Below, in pieces: positions 1 through 13,880 of a DNA stretch of 64,000 bases; within the stretch, counting starts at the first letter, position 1; each line of letters opens with the position of its first letter. Origin of the DNA: Octopus vulgaris (lineage: Eukaryota); the NCBI GenBank assembly GCA_951406725.2, contig OX597819.1, positions 43,152,001-43,216,000 on the forward strand, written 5' to 3'. Both the position numbers and the translations under genes were made by a program. The notes below the pieces were generated by a model. It was not told the DNA's origin and did no database searches. It was given only the letters and a program-made list of their open reading frames with translations.

Positions 1-164
1 GTAACAAGTAAACTTTGACCCCATTTTAGACCTCAGCCAAGCAAGCAATTTACAAAGTTCCAATCATGTTAATATGGATTATGCCTAACATAATAAATGA
101 ATTTCTTAAAAGAATATTAATTTCCAATAGTTTGCTTCCACTCCATTATTGTTCTTTATTTTGT

Positions 165-375
165 CTTGTGACTTGGTGACCTCACTAGTGCTGGTGCCAC
201 ATAAAATGTACGCAGTACACTCTATAAACTGGTTGGCATTATTAGGAAGGGCATCCTGTCACATGCCAAAATAAACATTTTGACCTTAGTGGGTTCTCTG
301 GTTCACACCTTCTGTCGAACCATCCGACCTATGCTAGCATGGAAAACGGATGTTAAATGATGATGAGGATGATGA
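165..375 (+). mobile_element. Degenerate RTE-like LINE/SINE 3' tail ending in (GAT)n
   Basis: ggttggcatt..aggaagggcatcc...gcatggaaaacggatgttaaatgatgatg. Reverse copies lie near 5655-5830, 8815-9000, 40120-40395 and 43275-43410. The RTE assignment is from recognition only. Confidence 0.6.
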
Positions 376-766
376 TAAGTGTAGGAGGACCTACTAAAGA
401 ACAATAATGTTGCCCTTTTTACCAGAAAAATATGAACTAAAATAAAATAAATACATAATTTTTAACAGGCACAAAGAAACATTCATGAAGGATGGATATA
501 TTCAATTATATTGACCCTTGAAGTTGATGGTATTTATTGTAGCAACCAGAGAAAAATGAAAGAGCAAAACCCTAGCAAGATTTGAACTCAGAACTCCTGG
601 TAAAACCACAACCTGTTTCTATAATAATGATTTCTAACATAGGCATATGTCAAGAAATTTGAGAAGGAAATAATCAATGATATTAATCTCTGTACTTGAC
701 TGGTAGTAATTTTATAGATAATGGCAAAACAAACAGCAGAGTTGACCTCAAAATGTAATGAGCCAG

Positions 767-806
<40 letters not shown>

Positions 807-996
807 GTACGGGGACACCACCAATAGTAAAGAATATGAAGTACAAAAACAAATGAGTAAAATAAGCAAACAAGAGGTGGGGAAAAATGGAAAGCAGGAC
901 AAGTAACACAAAGAATGACCTTTCATCAGTTGTTTGCTGTCTATCTACTCCTCATTTCAAGCATATGAGGAGTTGGTGACATCCTGTATGCATATA

Positions 997-1055
<59 letters not shown>

Positions 1056-1266
1056 CCATGTTAGCCTTCAGATTACTCTCTCAAATATAATGCTTATAGT
1101 TGTGAATTAATCATGCATTATCTTGAAGTGTCAAGATTTCGATGGTGTCACTAATTACTTTTAGAATGACATTGTAGGGCAAGTGTGACAGGCAGGATCA
1201 GACCAGTTTAAACTTAAAAGCGGTAAGATATTTGGACCTCATATGATCAGTTTAAATGCAAAAGGA
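1056..1266 (-). mobile_element. Degenerate piggyBac-type (TTAA) MITE
   Basis: Reverse-complement homologue of the 44692-44907 element (ttagcatt...aatgc(t)aaagg ends and shared interior). Confidence 0.55.
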
Positions 1267-1947
1267 ATACAACACAATATCGATGACAAAACTGGCAGGA
1301 ATTGTAGAGCAATTTGACTAAATATCCCACCTATAATATCTTAATTTTGTGGTGGTGGTCTGACTTTAGAACATCATCAGCATCATCATCGTTTAATGGA
1401 AAGTGGACGCTAAACGATGATGATGATGATGATAATGTTCTAAAGTCAGACCACCACCACCACCAACCTGACCTCCTAAATTTGGAACATACTGGGACTG
1501 AAATTAACTAAATATGAAACCTCACACATTCCCCACATCTATAAACCATTTAAACCTCACCATGTATCTAAAGCAGAAATTGATATTATAAGGAATGCAC
1601 AGTATTGACTACTAAGATAACAGTCATCGTTCATTCACAGATCTGCATGATCAAATCTGACCTGGAGCTATAAACAACAATAACCAAATGAGAAAGCCTC
1701 TACACAATCGGCTGATAGTAGCTGTGTTACTGGTATTGATTACAGGCTAACGAGATGATGCTGTTTCTGTGTGCTTGTTCATTTGATCTTCAAGAAATAG
1801 CAGTGCAATCTCTTTTACAGACTGGAGAAGAAAAAAAGGGGGAAAAACATAATGGACAATATAGTTCTTAGATACACAATGTCTGATTAAAAGATGAGCT
1901 GGTCACAGCTAGAGCTTCCTCTGAATCAGGATAATCCTGTAAAAGTT

Positions 1948-2143
1948 ATCCTTTCTACTATGGACTACAAGGCCTGAAATTTTGAGGGAAACGGGCTTAG
2001 TCGATTACATCAACCCCTGTGCTCAACTGGTAACATACTTTATTGACCCCCAAAGGGATTAAAAGGGAAAGGTGACCCAGGATGGACAAAATGACACAAA
2101 GCATTCTGTCCAGCATTCTAATGACTGCCACTTCACTGCCCTT
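1948..2143 (-). mobile_element. SINE family B copy (degenerate)
   Basis: tcctttctacta..caaggcctgaaatttt...gtcgattacatc..cccc..aactggta...; matches the 50602 and 57597 copies in reverse. Confidence 0.7.
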
Positions 2144-2507
2144 ATAGGATATGTATATAAATTATACTATGAATTGAATCACTGAGGTAAGATTGGGTCT
2201 GTTCCAGTTTATAATTGTTTTCGTTCAAAAGAAGAATAATTCCTGAAAGCATTAACCCTTTCCAAGAGGTGTGAGTGCATATGTAAAAACACACACACAC
2301 AGTAGGAACAACTATAACCAGTGCATGTACCATAACTTTCAAAGTAGTTCAGATGAAGACTTGCTGAAAGTGAAAACTTATTTACTTCAAGGAAGCCATT
2401 TTCAAAGCAATCACGATGCAAATTTGGTAAAAATTTTTCCCAAAACCCAGTCAAGTTTGAAGCAAATAAATTAACTTTGATGCTATTAAATTTTTCTTTC
2501 TTTTCTA

Positions 2508-2538
<31 letters not shown>

Positions 2539-2920
2539 TTTTTTTAGTGAAATGAAATAAAACTATGAAATAAAAATAAAAAATGACAAAAAAAAAAAAA
2601 GAAAGAAGAAAAAAAAAAGAAGCCTATCTCATTGCTGAACATTTTCACACCACTAAATACAGACTATAAGAAGAACGATATGGCTGAGATAGAAAGACAA
2701 GGTTGGGGTGCAAGACATTGAAACAAGTCAGTAATGGGTTAGGGAGGAGGAAGAGGAGAGAAATGGAAGGTGTAAGGTAGAGTGTGGAGGAAGAGGAGAA
2801 GTATAAAAAAATCAATAAATGCCAATCAAGTAATACATGACTCCAGAACAATTGAGTTCTCTTCACATTTACATTGGGGAGAGTTAACCATGACAGCAGC
2901 AATAGCTTTAACAGAAGAAA

Positions 2921-2954
<34 letters not shown>

Positions 2955-4424
2955 GGAAAGAATACACAGCATAAGAGGAGGGAGGGAGGGAGGAATAGAA
3001 GAGAGACTCACTTTCACAAACCTGCGACCACTAAAACAAACCTTTTGCATATCCTTCATGCACACACACACACGCATACACACATACATACATGCATACA
3101 TACACACGCATGCGCGCAAACTTATTCATCCACCGACTAGCGTTTGTCGAGGTTTGCTGCGTAATGCTAGGGAGCATGCGACCTAGCATATGGCAGTGAT
3201 GAAACCAAGGCTGCTGACAGTGCCTGTGCCGGGAGGGAGGGCGGTGGTGGTGGTGGTCGGGTGTGGGTGTGGGGGGAGGAGAACGAGGCGAATGCTGCTC
3301 AAAGATGCAGACATAAAAATGCTACCAAAAACCAGCATTGAGCTCATCTCCAATTTAATAATGAGCTATAGAAAATATGGATATAACTATGACCCAACAG
3401 AGCAGCCGAAATATATTTCACTCGGTGTGTTTGGCCTGGGGTTCTCTCTCTCTCTCTCCAGTCAACATTCATTCATTGCACCGGTGGAAAGGCAAAAATC
3501 TGTTAATTTGGAAAACGCAGCAAATAAATTTAATCTCCAGTCAACACTAACCAAGCATAAAACAAACTAATTGAAAAATTATGCATTTAGCATAATTCTT
3601 GTGGAACGGTCAACAAAAGGAACCGTCAAATAATAGATTCCATTAACTCCTTCCCACATAGAAACGGTCGTTCTACTACATGGCCTATGTTACAATAGAA
3701 GCCAGATTACCAATCAATAGACTCTGGTAGGTTGCTTGTCTTTTATTATTTCTGATATAAAACTGGAACCAAACTTTGGTTGTTATTTTTTTTCTCTCTC
3801 TCTCTCTCTCTCTTTTTTTTTTTTCGTAGTTTTTGTTTATTATTATTTTTATGATAAGCAGACTGCAGCTAAGACCAAGATATTTCTTCAATAAATAATC
3901 TCAGTTGTAATGTAATGTTCGCTGATAACTCATAGAGTTCTCAAACACAGCAATGCTGATAGGGTAGGTAGTATAGATCAGTTATAAAAACACTGATAGG
4001 TATCCCTAGTCTAGCATGGAATAGTCATACACAATCAATGATATATAGCCCAGGCTTGGTGTAGAATAGCCATACTGTTATTGATATACACATTAGTCTA
4101 GAAATCACACTGTTGCAGCCAATCACAGGATAGCTGTGGCATTATTGATACATACATACACGCACACATACATCTACAAACGTTAGGCATTATATATGTC
4201 TGTGTATTTGTGTATACATGCTCTCACATCCATATGGTTGCATACATACACACAAACATTTAAGCATTTATACACATACTTATACACCCGCATATATGTG
4301 TGTTGTGTGTGTGTGTTTATATATACACACACACACACATGCAAACATATATACGTACACATTACACAACTACATGCTTACACATACAAAAACACAGTTT
4401 ATTCTAGTAAAGAATAGCATGAGC

Positions 4425-4460
<36 letters not shown>

Positions 4461-7400
4461 GAGCCTAATTTAGTGAAGAACTATCAAACCAAGACTTAAC
4501 ACTATAATCTAGTATACAAATACAACAACTTTATTTCTAAAAATGCTTCTTTTTTTTTTTTCTTCTTATGGTAATTTTGGAATCATGGAAAAGATAGTTG
4601 TTTAAGAAGTATACAAGAACAACACAGTCAGCCAAATACATACATACTCATAAGTTCACACAAGCATATACATATATACATATACATACATACATACATA
4701 CATACATACAGGCAGACACACACAAAAGTTATACACACACATATACATACATGCAGCACATATGAGAGACAAAGTTAGCGAGTATATCTCAAAAGAATAT
4801 GGCAGATGTTTGAAACAGCTCTCAGTGTCGAAAAATCAAATATCATGGCCCGAACATCTGAGCTGTTTTTCTAAATGCTATGATTTAATAATTTCACAAA
4901 CAACAAAAAGGTAAATACAAAAGAAAAACAAAAGATTAAAATATGAAAAGAAAAAAAAAAGAAAGAAAAAAAAAACTCCAGTGAACTGAGAGATTTATTT
5001 GTTTGATTTATAAAAATGTTTGTTGCAAAGGTGTCTACATACAAGACATAACAACAAACACACAAAGCATAGATGGAGCCGAAATTATTTGCATATTAAA
5101 AATAGAGGCATCAAAATATGTTGTCTTAGAATTGAAGACATAGATAGAAATTAGTGTGTGTGCGAGTGTGCATCAGTATTTATTTTGGTAGGTCGAAACT
5201 TTTATACAAATCTCGGTGTTACTACAATTTAACTGTCATGGCTAGAAAAATAAATCAAACAATAGGCTTGCTCTGAGCATTACATGCAGAGCATATTAAA
5301 TTCTGTGTGTGTGTGTGTGTGTGTATGAACACCAACAATAGTCCAAAGGGACACCTTTTGACTACTGTCTGATCCGAGCAGACTGGAGCTAGCCAGAAAA
5401 CTATATCAGAAGACCCAAAATGAAAAACAAAATAAAAAAAATTAAGTTCAGGTTAATTTTGTCAACAAAAGAAAGAAAGAAAAAAAAAAGTTACATAGAG
5501 ACTTGTCATGAGTTGAATAAGTTTATATACATTACGAGAAGAACAAGAAGATTCCTTCAGAAGAAAACCATACAATCATTTTAATTCTGCTGGATGAAAA
5601 CCCAAGTTCATAAACTGAAGAAGTAAAACAAAATGGATGATCATGATGATCATCACCATTTAACATCCGTTTTCCATGCTGGCTTAGGCTGGACAGCTTC
5701 ACAGGAACTGGTAAGGCCAGGGCTCACACCAGGTTCCATAGTTTGTATTGGTTTGGTTTCTACTGTCGGATGCACTTCCTAACACCAACCATTCTATGTA
5801 GTGTACTGGGTACTTTTTTAACATGGCTATCAGCACCCACACTAAAGCTTTTTACATGGCACCTTGGTTTTAGGATCTCAATTCTCTTGTGGTGGGTGGG
5901 CCTTGGAAAGCTCAAATTAATTTAGTTGCTATATTTCTGTTGAAATACGCTGCCTTCGTTTCAATTAATTTTGGAAATGACAGGATTCAGAGCATAAATT
6001 GATAAGAAATTTTAATAGCAATGTTATAAATTCATATCATCTGAAAATTCATAAGTTTGTTTCAATGAACCAGAGGCAGTCAATAGGAATTGCAGTCACA
6101 AACTGTGCTCCTTGCATATTTATGTGATCCCTCCATTGAAGCATTTAGCACTGACTGAATAAACCTACGATCAAATGAAGTTCATCAATGACCATCCTGT
6201 CTACTTTTCTTAGATAGTCTGTCTAGAGCTACATCTAATTCTACCATTCTCTTTTTAAAGGTTGCAAGGTGTGACTTGAGAATGACTTGACAGCTATTTC
6301 TAACAAGTTGAAGTTGGCCACACAGAGGTTCCTTTTGTTGGCTCAAGCTTGATTAAGTTGGTGAAATTTGTGGAAAGTTGCTAAAATTGAAGAATTACAT
6401 GGGCAAACACATCTTCAAATATGATGGCATTTCAGGGAGAGAAAGGCTGTAAATATTATCAGGGTTAAGAGAGAGAGAGAAGGGGAGAAGAAAGAAAAAG
6501 ACAAGAGAGAGAGAGAGAAAAAGTGATGTGAGAGATAAGTGCAATGAAGCATTTTGGTTGAAGTGCAGACAGCAAGTTTGCAAGAACAGGAGACAGAGGC
6601 CATTGTAGAAATAAAAAGAGGTAACAATGGAAAGAGGAATGGGAGAGTGGATGGGTGGATCTACCAAAGTGGATATTAAGGGGGTGGCGGGAAGATTCTA
6701 AAAGGGAAACATTACTATGACTACAGAACGTATGGTAGACACAGACATGCATACATGTTCGTATAAAGCCACACAGCTCATACATAAAAATTGCATTGGT
6801 AGTTTAAGCGTTCACTATTTTAGCACTGCTTGACAATATTAAGCAACTATCATTTCTTGTGGCTATTAAAGAAAAGAAAAATGACAAGGTAGTAGCAATG
6901 AGATCTAATCTAACAGCAGAATATGCTGCCTCCACCTCATGTATTATTTTTTTTTTTTTTGGTTTTTTTGGGGGGGGTTTTTTCACCAAAGTAACAATAA
7001 CACCTCTTACTGATTGAGTTTTTAGATAATATTTAACGTTGGTCAATATATCATCTCTATCTCTGAGCTGTTATTATGGAACAGGTAGTTTACGCTTACA
7101 ACCAACAGAGGAGATGGAAGCGGGGGGAGGGAGGGGGGAGGAAGGAGATGTCCTATAACACGATTTATGATGTATACGAGAATGAATGCCCAACTACAGC
7201 GTGATTATATCACATACAAATACAAAAATGAATATATCAAAAAATTTATTAAAAGATTACCATTAAAAATACAAAAAAAAAAAACCAAACAAAACAAAAA
7301 ACAAAGGTAGAACAAAAAATGAGGAAAAAAATTATAATACAATCTCGAAATTTATAAAATCTAAATTTCAAAATTTACTCATACATATAGTTATACACAC

Positions 7401-7592
7401 ACACACACATACATACATACATACATACATACATACATACATACATACAGGCACACTCGCACACACAAAACATTAATATTGATGATAAAATAGTGAAGAA
7501 CTACAATGGAAAACAATTGTCGCAACAAAATAATTCACAGAACAAATTTTGATTGTCTGGTGAAAATTTTAATCTTTTCAGATATAATAATA

Positions 7593-7623
<31 letters not shown>

Positions 7624-9795
7624 TAACGATGACAATGATGATGACGATGATAAAAAACATATATAACACTAGAAGTATGAAAATCTATAGTTGGTGAAAA
7701 ATAGCGTCAGCATTAAAAACTATGGGGCTGTCTTTTCTGAATAGAGTTGGAACAGAAATAATATTTCACACAAGATCTGCGATGGAGACGAGGGGAGAAT
7801 GAAATGAAATGAAATGACTGAAATGGCAACAGCATCGGTTGTCACCGTTGTTATTGCTGTAACTGTCACCACCACCACCACCATCACCATCACCATCCAG
7901 CAATAAAAACCAGGTTGTGTACACACAGCTTGCGGAAAGAGATTCATCTCTACTCTATGGTGTATGCCAGTGAACCACTACAAAAGTGATTTCATACTGG
8001 GATAGGAAAAAACCTACCAACAAAGGGCAGGGAATGACAAACAATGTGTTTATGGCCTTCCTAATGACATACATAACATAAATAATATACCTAAACCATG
8101 TTATAGTTTAATCACATTTAGCCTAGTTTGGTCATGTTTAGCACAGTTTATTTATTATTCATTTCGTATCACAATTGGTGAACAATAGTGCTGTTGCTTA
8201 CAGGTTTCTGAAAAACCAATCATTGGTTCACTGGGCTTCTGATGGTGACAGGAATGTCTGACTGTGTGTAGCTTGGTGAAAACATTTCAAGTGCACTGGG
8301 TCCCCCTCCCTCCATTTTTTTTTACATATATTACACACACACACACACACACACAACTAATTTATATCAGCAATGAAAACTAATGTGCATGTGTATGCAC
8401 AAGGTGGACTTCTGCGCAGTTTCTGTCTATCAAATTCAATTCACACACCACTGACCAACCTGAGGCTATATTACTAGATGCACAGCTAAGGTTTCACACA
8501 ATACGATTGAACCGTGAAGGACAGTGCTATAAAAAGCAAAACCCTTAACGACAAAGCTATGTCTGTGCAAACAGTTTGATCACATTCAGGTCAGCTTGTT
8601 CATAAAGGACAGGGTCAGGATTTCAATGAAAGTAAAAAAAATTTTAAAAGGCCACAAGCCAAACCAAAAGAAATTAATGAACAAATCCAAAATCAAAGAG
8701 ACTAAACTATGTGGTAGAAAAGTAACCATGTACTCCTTTGATGAAACAGTAAACAGGGTGACATAAATGATAGGTACTTGTATTTTGATATAAGGATTTA
8801 ATATCAACAAATCATGTTTTAAAATCCTCGTCCATACTGGCATGGTTTGGATGGTCTCACAGGATCCAATGGATCCAAGGACTGCATCATGTTCCAGTGT
8901 CTGCTTTGGCATGATTTCTACAGTGAGATATCCTTCCAGATGCCAACTTAGATAAAGCATGCAGTGGATGCTTTCTTTGTGCCCCCAACACTAGTAAAGA
9001 CTACCATGCAGCTTGCAAGAGTACAAAGTCCAAGAGGACAACTTTATGCAAAGAGATGAGGGGTTAAACAGTGAGAGAACAGGTTTCTTGCTGTAGTGTA
9101 GCTACACAACTGCTTCTATTTTAGAAAAGAAGAGTGGGAGTGATTGAGTGGAGCTGGAAAAGGATTAATAAAAAAAGAAAAGTATTATGAAGAGGTATCA
9201 GGATGGTATGAGGCTGGTAAAAATAAGTAGGGCAAAGGGACTGGGAGTGAGAGGTGACTGACACTGCAGAACAGCAGAATGGTAATGACAAAGTAGTAGA
9301 TAGGAGACAGCAAAGTGTACAAATATGAATAAACTTTACGTCAGATGATAATTTGAAAAATCTTGCTTTTCATATCAGTGTGGAAAACTATATTCAAATT
9401 GACTATTTAATAATTATATTAGATAAAAAATTAAATTGGAAGTAAAATGGAAAGGAAGCAAAAAAATTCTAACAAATACTAAGGAACCTAAAAAATAAAT
9501 TAATAATGAAAGATGTGTATTTTGGAAATTGTTGGCAAAATTGATAAAGTACATTTGTTTTTGTTTTTATACTGTAATAAGAAAATTTAATATAAAATAC
9601 ATATTGGTCAATTAAGGTTTTAAAATTATATTTTTCTAATAAATGTCTAACAACTGATGATCAATTCAAATATAAATATAAAAATAAATATAGCTGGCCG
9701 GTTAAAGTGTTCATTCTATAATCACCTGATTCTAGGTTCAACTCATAAAATATCATGTGAGTAAAATTACTAAGTCAAAACTCTGTGTATAACCC

Positions 9796-9840
<45 letters not shown>

Positions 9841-10407
9841 CGTGTGTGCGCGCATGTGTGTGTGAACTCTGTTATAAACTAGTGTGCTGAGTTACTGCCT
9901 TTACACCACAATTAGGAAGTTTTAAAAAAGGGATAAATTAGACTGGCAGAATAAGCTGTCATGCAAAACTTAAAGACACAGTTAACATTTTAATAATATT
10001 ATGTGGCTCTACTCTCAGTATGGAGTTCCACTGACACCATCAATAAATGTTTTGTGGTTATTCTTAAACTTACTTTTAAAATAACAACCTTAGTTTAACA
10101 TTCATTAGAAATGAGAACATGTTAAAAACTAAAAATGTCTTGCAGTGTTAGAGTGAGCCAAGTTCACAGTAGCAGATGAATTAAGAAGTATAAATGGACT
10201 AATGGCAAGAAGGGAATAAAAGGAGAACAGAAAAAAAAATAAAATGTGAGTTAAGCTTCAATGATTTCAGTAATGCTTCCAGGAGAAAGCAATGTAGAAT
10301 GGTGAGAAGTAGAGGGGAAAATAGAAAAAAGAACAAATAATTAAAAAAAAAAAAAGGAAAGATGAGAATACTATTTTAACCCACTTATATCTGAAGTAGA
10401 GTCTTAC

Positions 10408-10492
10408 TTCCTGAAAGAGGATCTTGGACAATGATTGCATTGCCCAGAGGGATAACACCCCATGATAATAATATCCAGAAAAATATTCCCAT
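10408..10492 (-). CDS. Putative first coding exon (signal peptide) of a secreted or membrane protein; rest of the CDS not identified in the window
   Basis: Reverse complement reads ATG GGA ATA TTT TTC TGG ATA TTA TTA TCA TGG GGT GTT ATC CCT CTG GGC AAT GCA ATC ATT GTC CAA GAT CCT CTT TCA GGA A|GTAAGA = MGIFFWILLSWGVIPLGNAIIVQDPLSG plus a phase-1 donor (10402-10407). In-frame TGA upstream of the ATG. Candidate acceptors upstream: pyrimidine tract + CTCAG (exon start 10525) or TTTTACAG (exon start 10840). Sequence is non-repetitive. Confidence 0.65.
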
Positions 10493-11545
10493 TGAATTAA
10501 ACAGTCAGAAGAAAAAGCACAGAGTCTGAGTACAAGGCACCAAAGTGAGGGAGGGGAGGAGGGAGGGAGAGAGAGAGAGAGAGAATCAAGTGGAACATCA
10601 ACAATACTCTGGTTATTTAGAGGAAAACTGAACTTGTTTAAACTTATGAAGTAGTAAGGCAGAAGTTTTTGATCATCCCTGTCTCCTCTCCCTGGAACCT
10701 TTCTTGCAGCAAATTCTTTCTTTTGCAAAACATGGATTACCAACCAAGTTAAAATGATATGCTTGATGAAAGAACTTAGGGTTGATAAGAAATCAATAGT
10801 TCCTAGATCTGTATGCAAAATGATGCAGAGAGTGATATATCTGTAAAATGGTCTAAAAAGATATCAAATCTGTTAAAAGCAGATTGATAAACAGCCAAGC
10901 AATAAAAAATGATGGGTACACACTCTCTCTCACTTTCTTTCTTTCTCTCTCTCTCTCTTTCACTTTCTTTCTCTCTCTCCTAAAAATTCATGGGACATCT
11001 CACAGAATCACGAGATTTGTGGGTATTAATACTGTGAGACCAAATAAAATGAATAAAAAAAAATTACACCTTCCTTAGATTAAAAACTGTTGAAATGCAA
11101 AGCTTTGCAGCTTTCAACAGTAAACTGCACTGAAATAAAAAAAAAAATAATAATAATGTAAATAAATTGTGAACCATAAAGTCTAAATGATATGGATGTC
11201 ACTACTATAAAAACTATATCTATCTATATATATCACACACACATGTATATGTGTGTGTATGTGATTGCTGAACCTTCAAAGCAAATAAAGCATGTAGGTA
11301 TTGGGTTTTTAAAAAAAAAACTGCTTTTGGATAGTAATAGTCAAAGGCTGTCTGTAGGAAATGAACCTACATCTCTTGTAAGCATGGACAGCCTCCGACT
11401 TTTTCTATGCAACGGGTTTTTTAGCCTAATATTTACAGATTTATATATGTAGCTTTATTTGCTTCAAGATCCCCTACTCCGAAAACAAATTATTTCACAT
11501 TCCTGAAGTTTCTGAATTCTTATAATGCTGACAATCTTTCTCTCT

Positions 11546-11583
<38 letters not shown>

Positions 11584-11589
11584 CAATGC

Positions 11590-11766
11590 ATTTTGCACCG
11601 TTTTAGCTTTTGAACTATGCCATCTCACTAGCTAGACAAGCAGGCCAACATTTAGTCTGGGGCAAAATGAAATGAACTATTTTGCTCAAGAACACAATGA
11701 GCAGCTGGTGTGGGAATTAAACTCACAATCTCATGATCATGAGTATAACACACCTAACCACTAGGC

Positions 11767-11768
<2 letters not shown>
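11590..11768 (-). mobile_element. tRNA-derived SINE, family C (same family as 56323)
   Basis: Reverse tRNA-like head (gtggcctagtggttaggtgtg...gagtttaattccc) followed by ttcttgagcaaa...ttcatttca, as at 56323-56475. Confidence 0.6.
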
Positions 11769-11804
<36 letters not shown>

Positions 11805-11874
11805 AGGAAAATAGAGAAGGCAATCTGCTTTATTACAAACTCAAAGGTTAAAACCCAAATGGAATTTATACATA

Positions 11875-11908
<34 letters not shown>

Positions 11909-12797
11909 TGATGATAATAATGTATATGTAGCTTTTAGCTGCTGCACAGTTATAAGTGTCACTTTAAATTAAAACATCTAGGACCAAGTTCACCACCCTC
12001 ACCTTGCCTGTAAACACAGGGGTGCCACTATATTTCTATATTTGGCTAAACCTTACTGTTTAGTTAGCTTCTGGGCCATGACCACTCCATCTGCGCTACA
12101 TATGTTGTCATAAGGATTAGCACTTGGAATATCCAATATCAGCGCACTTAACAAAATAGCAATAGCAATCTGTTTGTTGGCATTAGTTAAGTTACGAGAA
12201 TGTGCTGTTGCTCAGTAAACCCTGCCGAATAAATTTACTTAAATAATTATTAGGATGGCAGGAGAATATATTTTCCCTTCAATATACTAATATTGTTTTC
12301 ATAAAATCACAGAAGTTTTCTTTGAAATTTGTCAACATATCCTTCATTTGTGAACCTCTCTCCCTCAATAATAAAAGGCTTAGAATTTTGAAAATTCGAA
12401 AACAAAATGAAACACAAATATTTACAAATAAAATCATATAATAAAAAGTGTCTATGAAAATTAAGATTCCATCCTTTGATAGGAGTAAATATAAATATAT
12501 TCTCAGACAACTTTGAGTGATATATGAAACGGCTCTTTAAAACTATTTACTTGTCAGAGCAAACAATGAAGCGTAACTACATGCCTGCTGGATCAGTTAG
12601 AAATAGCAGTCAAATAATTCTAAAATGATACACAGCCATCTTGACAAGAGAAGGGCATATTGGATAATGTAGTGCTAGATGTGCAATGACTAAGATATCA
12701 TCACATAGACAAGTCCAAGAGTATTTCTGGAATGCTTTCATCTACATGCCTGTTCAAACTTCTAGCAATAGCAGCCAAATCATCCCTAAATACCATA

Positions 12798-13012
12798 ATC
12801 CTTTCCACCATAGACACAAGGCCTGGAATTTGAGGGGAGGGTCTACCTGATTACATCAACCCCAGTGCATAACTGGTACTTATTTCATTGACCCCAAATG
12901 GATGAAAGGTAAAGTTGACCTTGGCAGAATTTGAACTCAGAATGTAGCAATGGGCGAAATACTGCTAAGCATTTTGTCTAGCGTGCTAACAAATCTGCCA
13001 GTTTTCCGCCTT
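12798..13012 (-). mobile_element. SINE family B, near full length
   Basis: Whole body present, from aatcctttcc to gccagttttccgcctt, including gatgaaagg..aaagttgacc..ggcagaatttgaactcagaa. Confidence 0.8.
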
Positions 13013-13455
13013 ATCCATACATGTCATAATGTCATCATGGAAGAGGGAAGTGCACACTGGATAATGTAGTCCTAGATGTGCGAGGCCTGGCATGGGACAG
13101 AGAGAGAGAGAGAGAGACGGGGGTATTTCTAAAACACTCTTTGATCATAATTTACACAGCATAGTTAAACCTGGAACTTAACAATATCATCAACAAAATC
13201 AACAACCATTCATCTCATTGCAATTACCAACTTGTCACTCTTAATAACTAAGATTGCACCAAGAGGTCACTGATGGGGGTTGTCAAGCTTTATGCTAGAA
13301 CAATAAATACAAATCCATGTAAGGTGCATATTTTTATTTTCAACATGGCCTTGCCGTCCAAATCGGGGGGGGGGGGAGACTGAGAGAGAGAAATACATAC
13401 ATATACATATGTATACTTTTCTTCTTTTAAAAAAAGCAGCAATAAAAAAAAAATA

Positions 13456-13621
13456 GGCGTAGGAGTGGCTGTGTGGTAAGTAGCTTGCTTACCAACCACA
13501 TGGTTCTGGATTCAGTCCCACTGCGTAACACCTTGGGCAAGTATCTTCTACTATATAGCCTCAGGTTGACCAAAGCCTAGTGAGAGGATTTGGTAGACGG
13601 AAACACTGAAAGAAGCCCGTC

Positions 13622-13666
<45 letters not shown>

Positions 13667-13880
13667 TGTGTGTCTGTGTTTGTCCCCCAACATCGCTTGA
13701 CAATCGGTGCTGGTGTGTTTACGTCACCGTAACTTAGCAGTTCAGCAAAAGAGACCAATAGAATAAGTACTAGGCTTACAAAGAATAAGTCCTGGGGTCG
13801 ATTTGTTTGACTAAAGGCAGTGCTCCAGCATGGCCACAGTCAAATGACTGAAACAAGTAAAAGAGAAAAGAGTAAGAGAG
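13456..13880 (+). mobile_element. SINE family A, full length (tRNA head, CORE-like segment, internal (TA)n; resembles octopus OR-type SINEs)
   Basis: A box in ggagtggctgtgtggtaag, B box ggattcagtccc, CORE-like accttgggcaagt, 3' end ctgaaacaagtaaaagag. Many copies in the window. Confidence 0.9.

Noticed and set aside
915-980. Minus-strand CTGATGA near a GAAA
   Set aside because: Could not assemble hammerhead stems I-III; probably a decayed repeat.
7720-7997. Minus-strand acceptor-like site and 75-aa hydrophobic ORF as a second coding exon
   Set aside because: Splicing in phase 1 from the signal exon gives an immediate stop; the hydrophobicity comes from a GGT/GAT microsatellite; no good donor.
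10267-10818. 183-aa minus-strand ORF
   Set aside because: Low-complexity and UTR-like; the credible coding frame here is a different one (10408-10492).
13456-13530. tRNA genes at SINE heads
   Set aside because: A and B boxes are present but run into SINE bodies with no complete cloverleaf.
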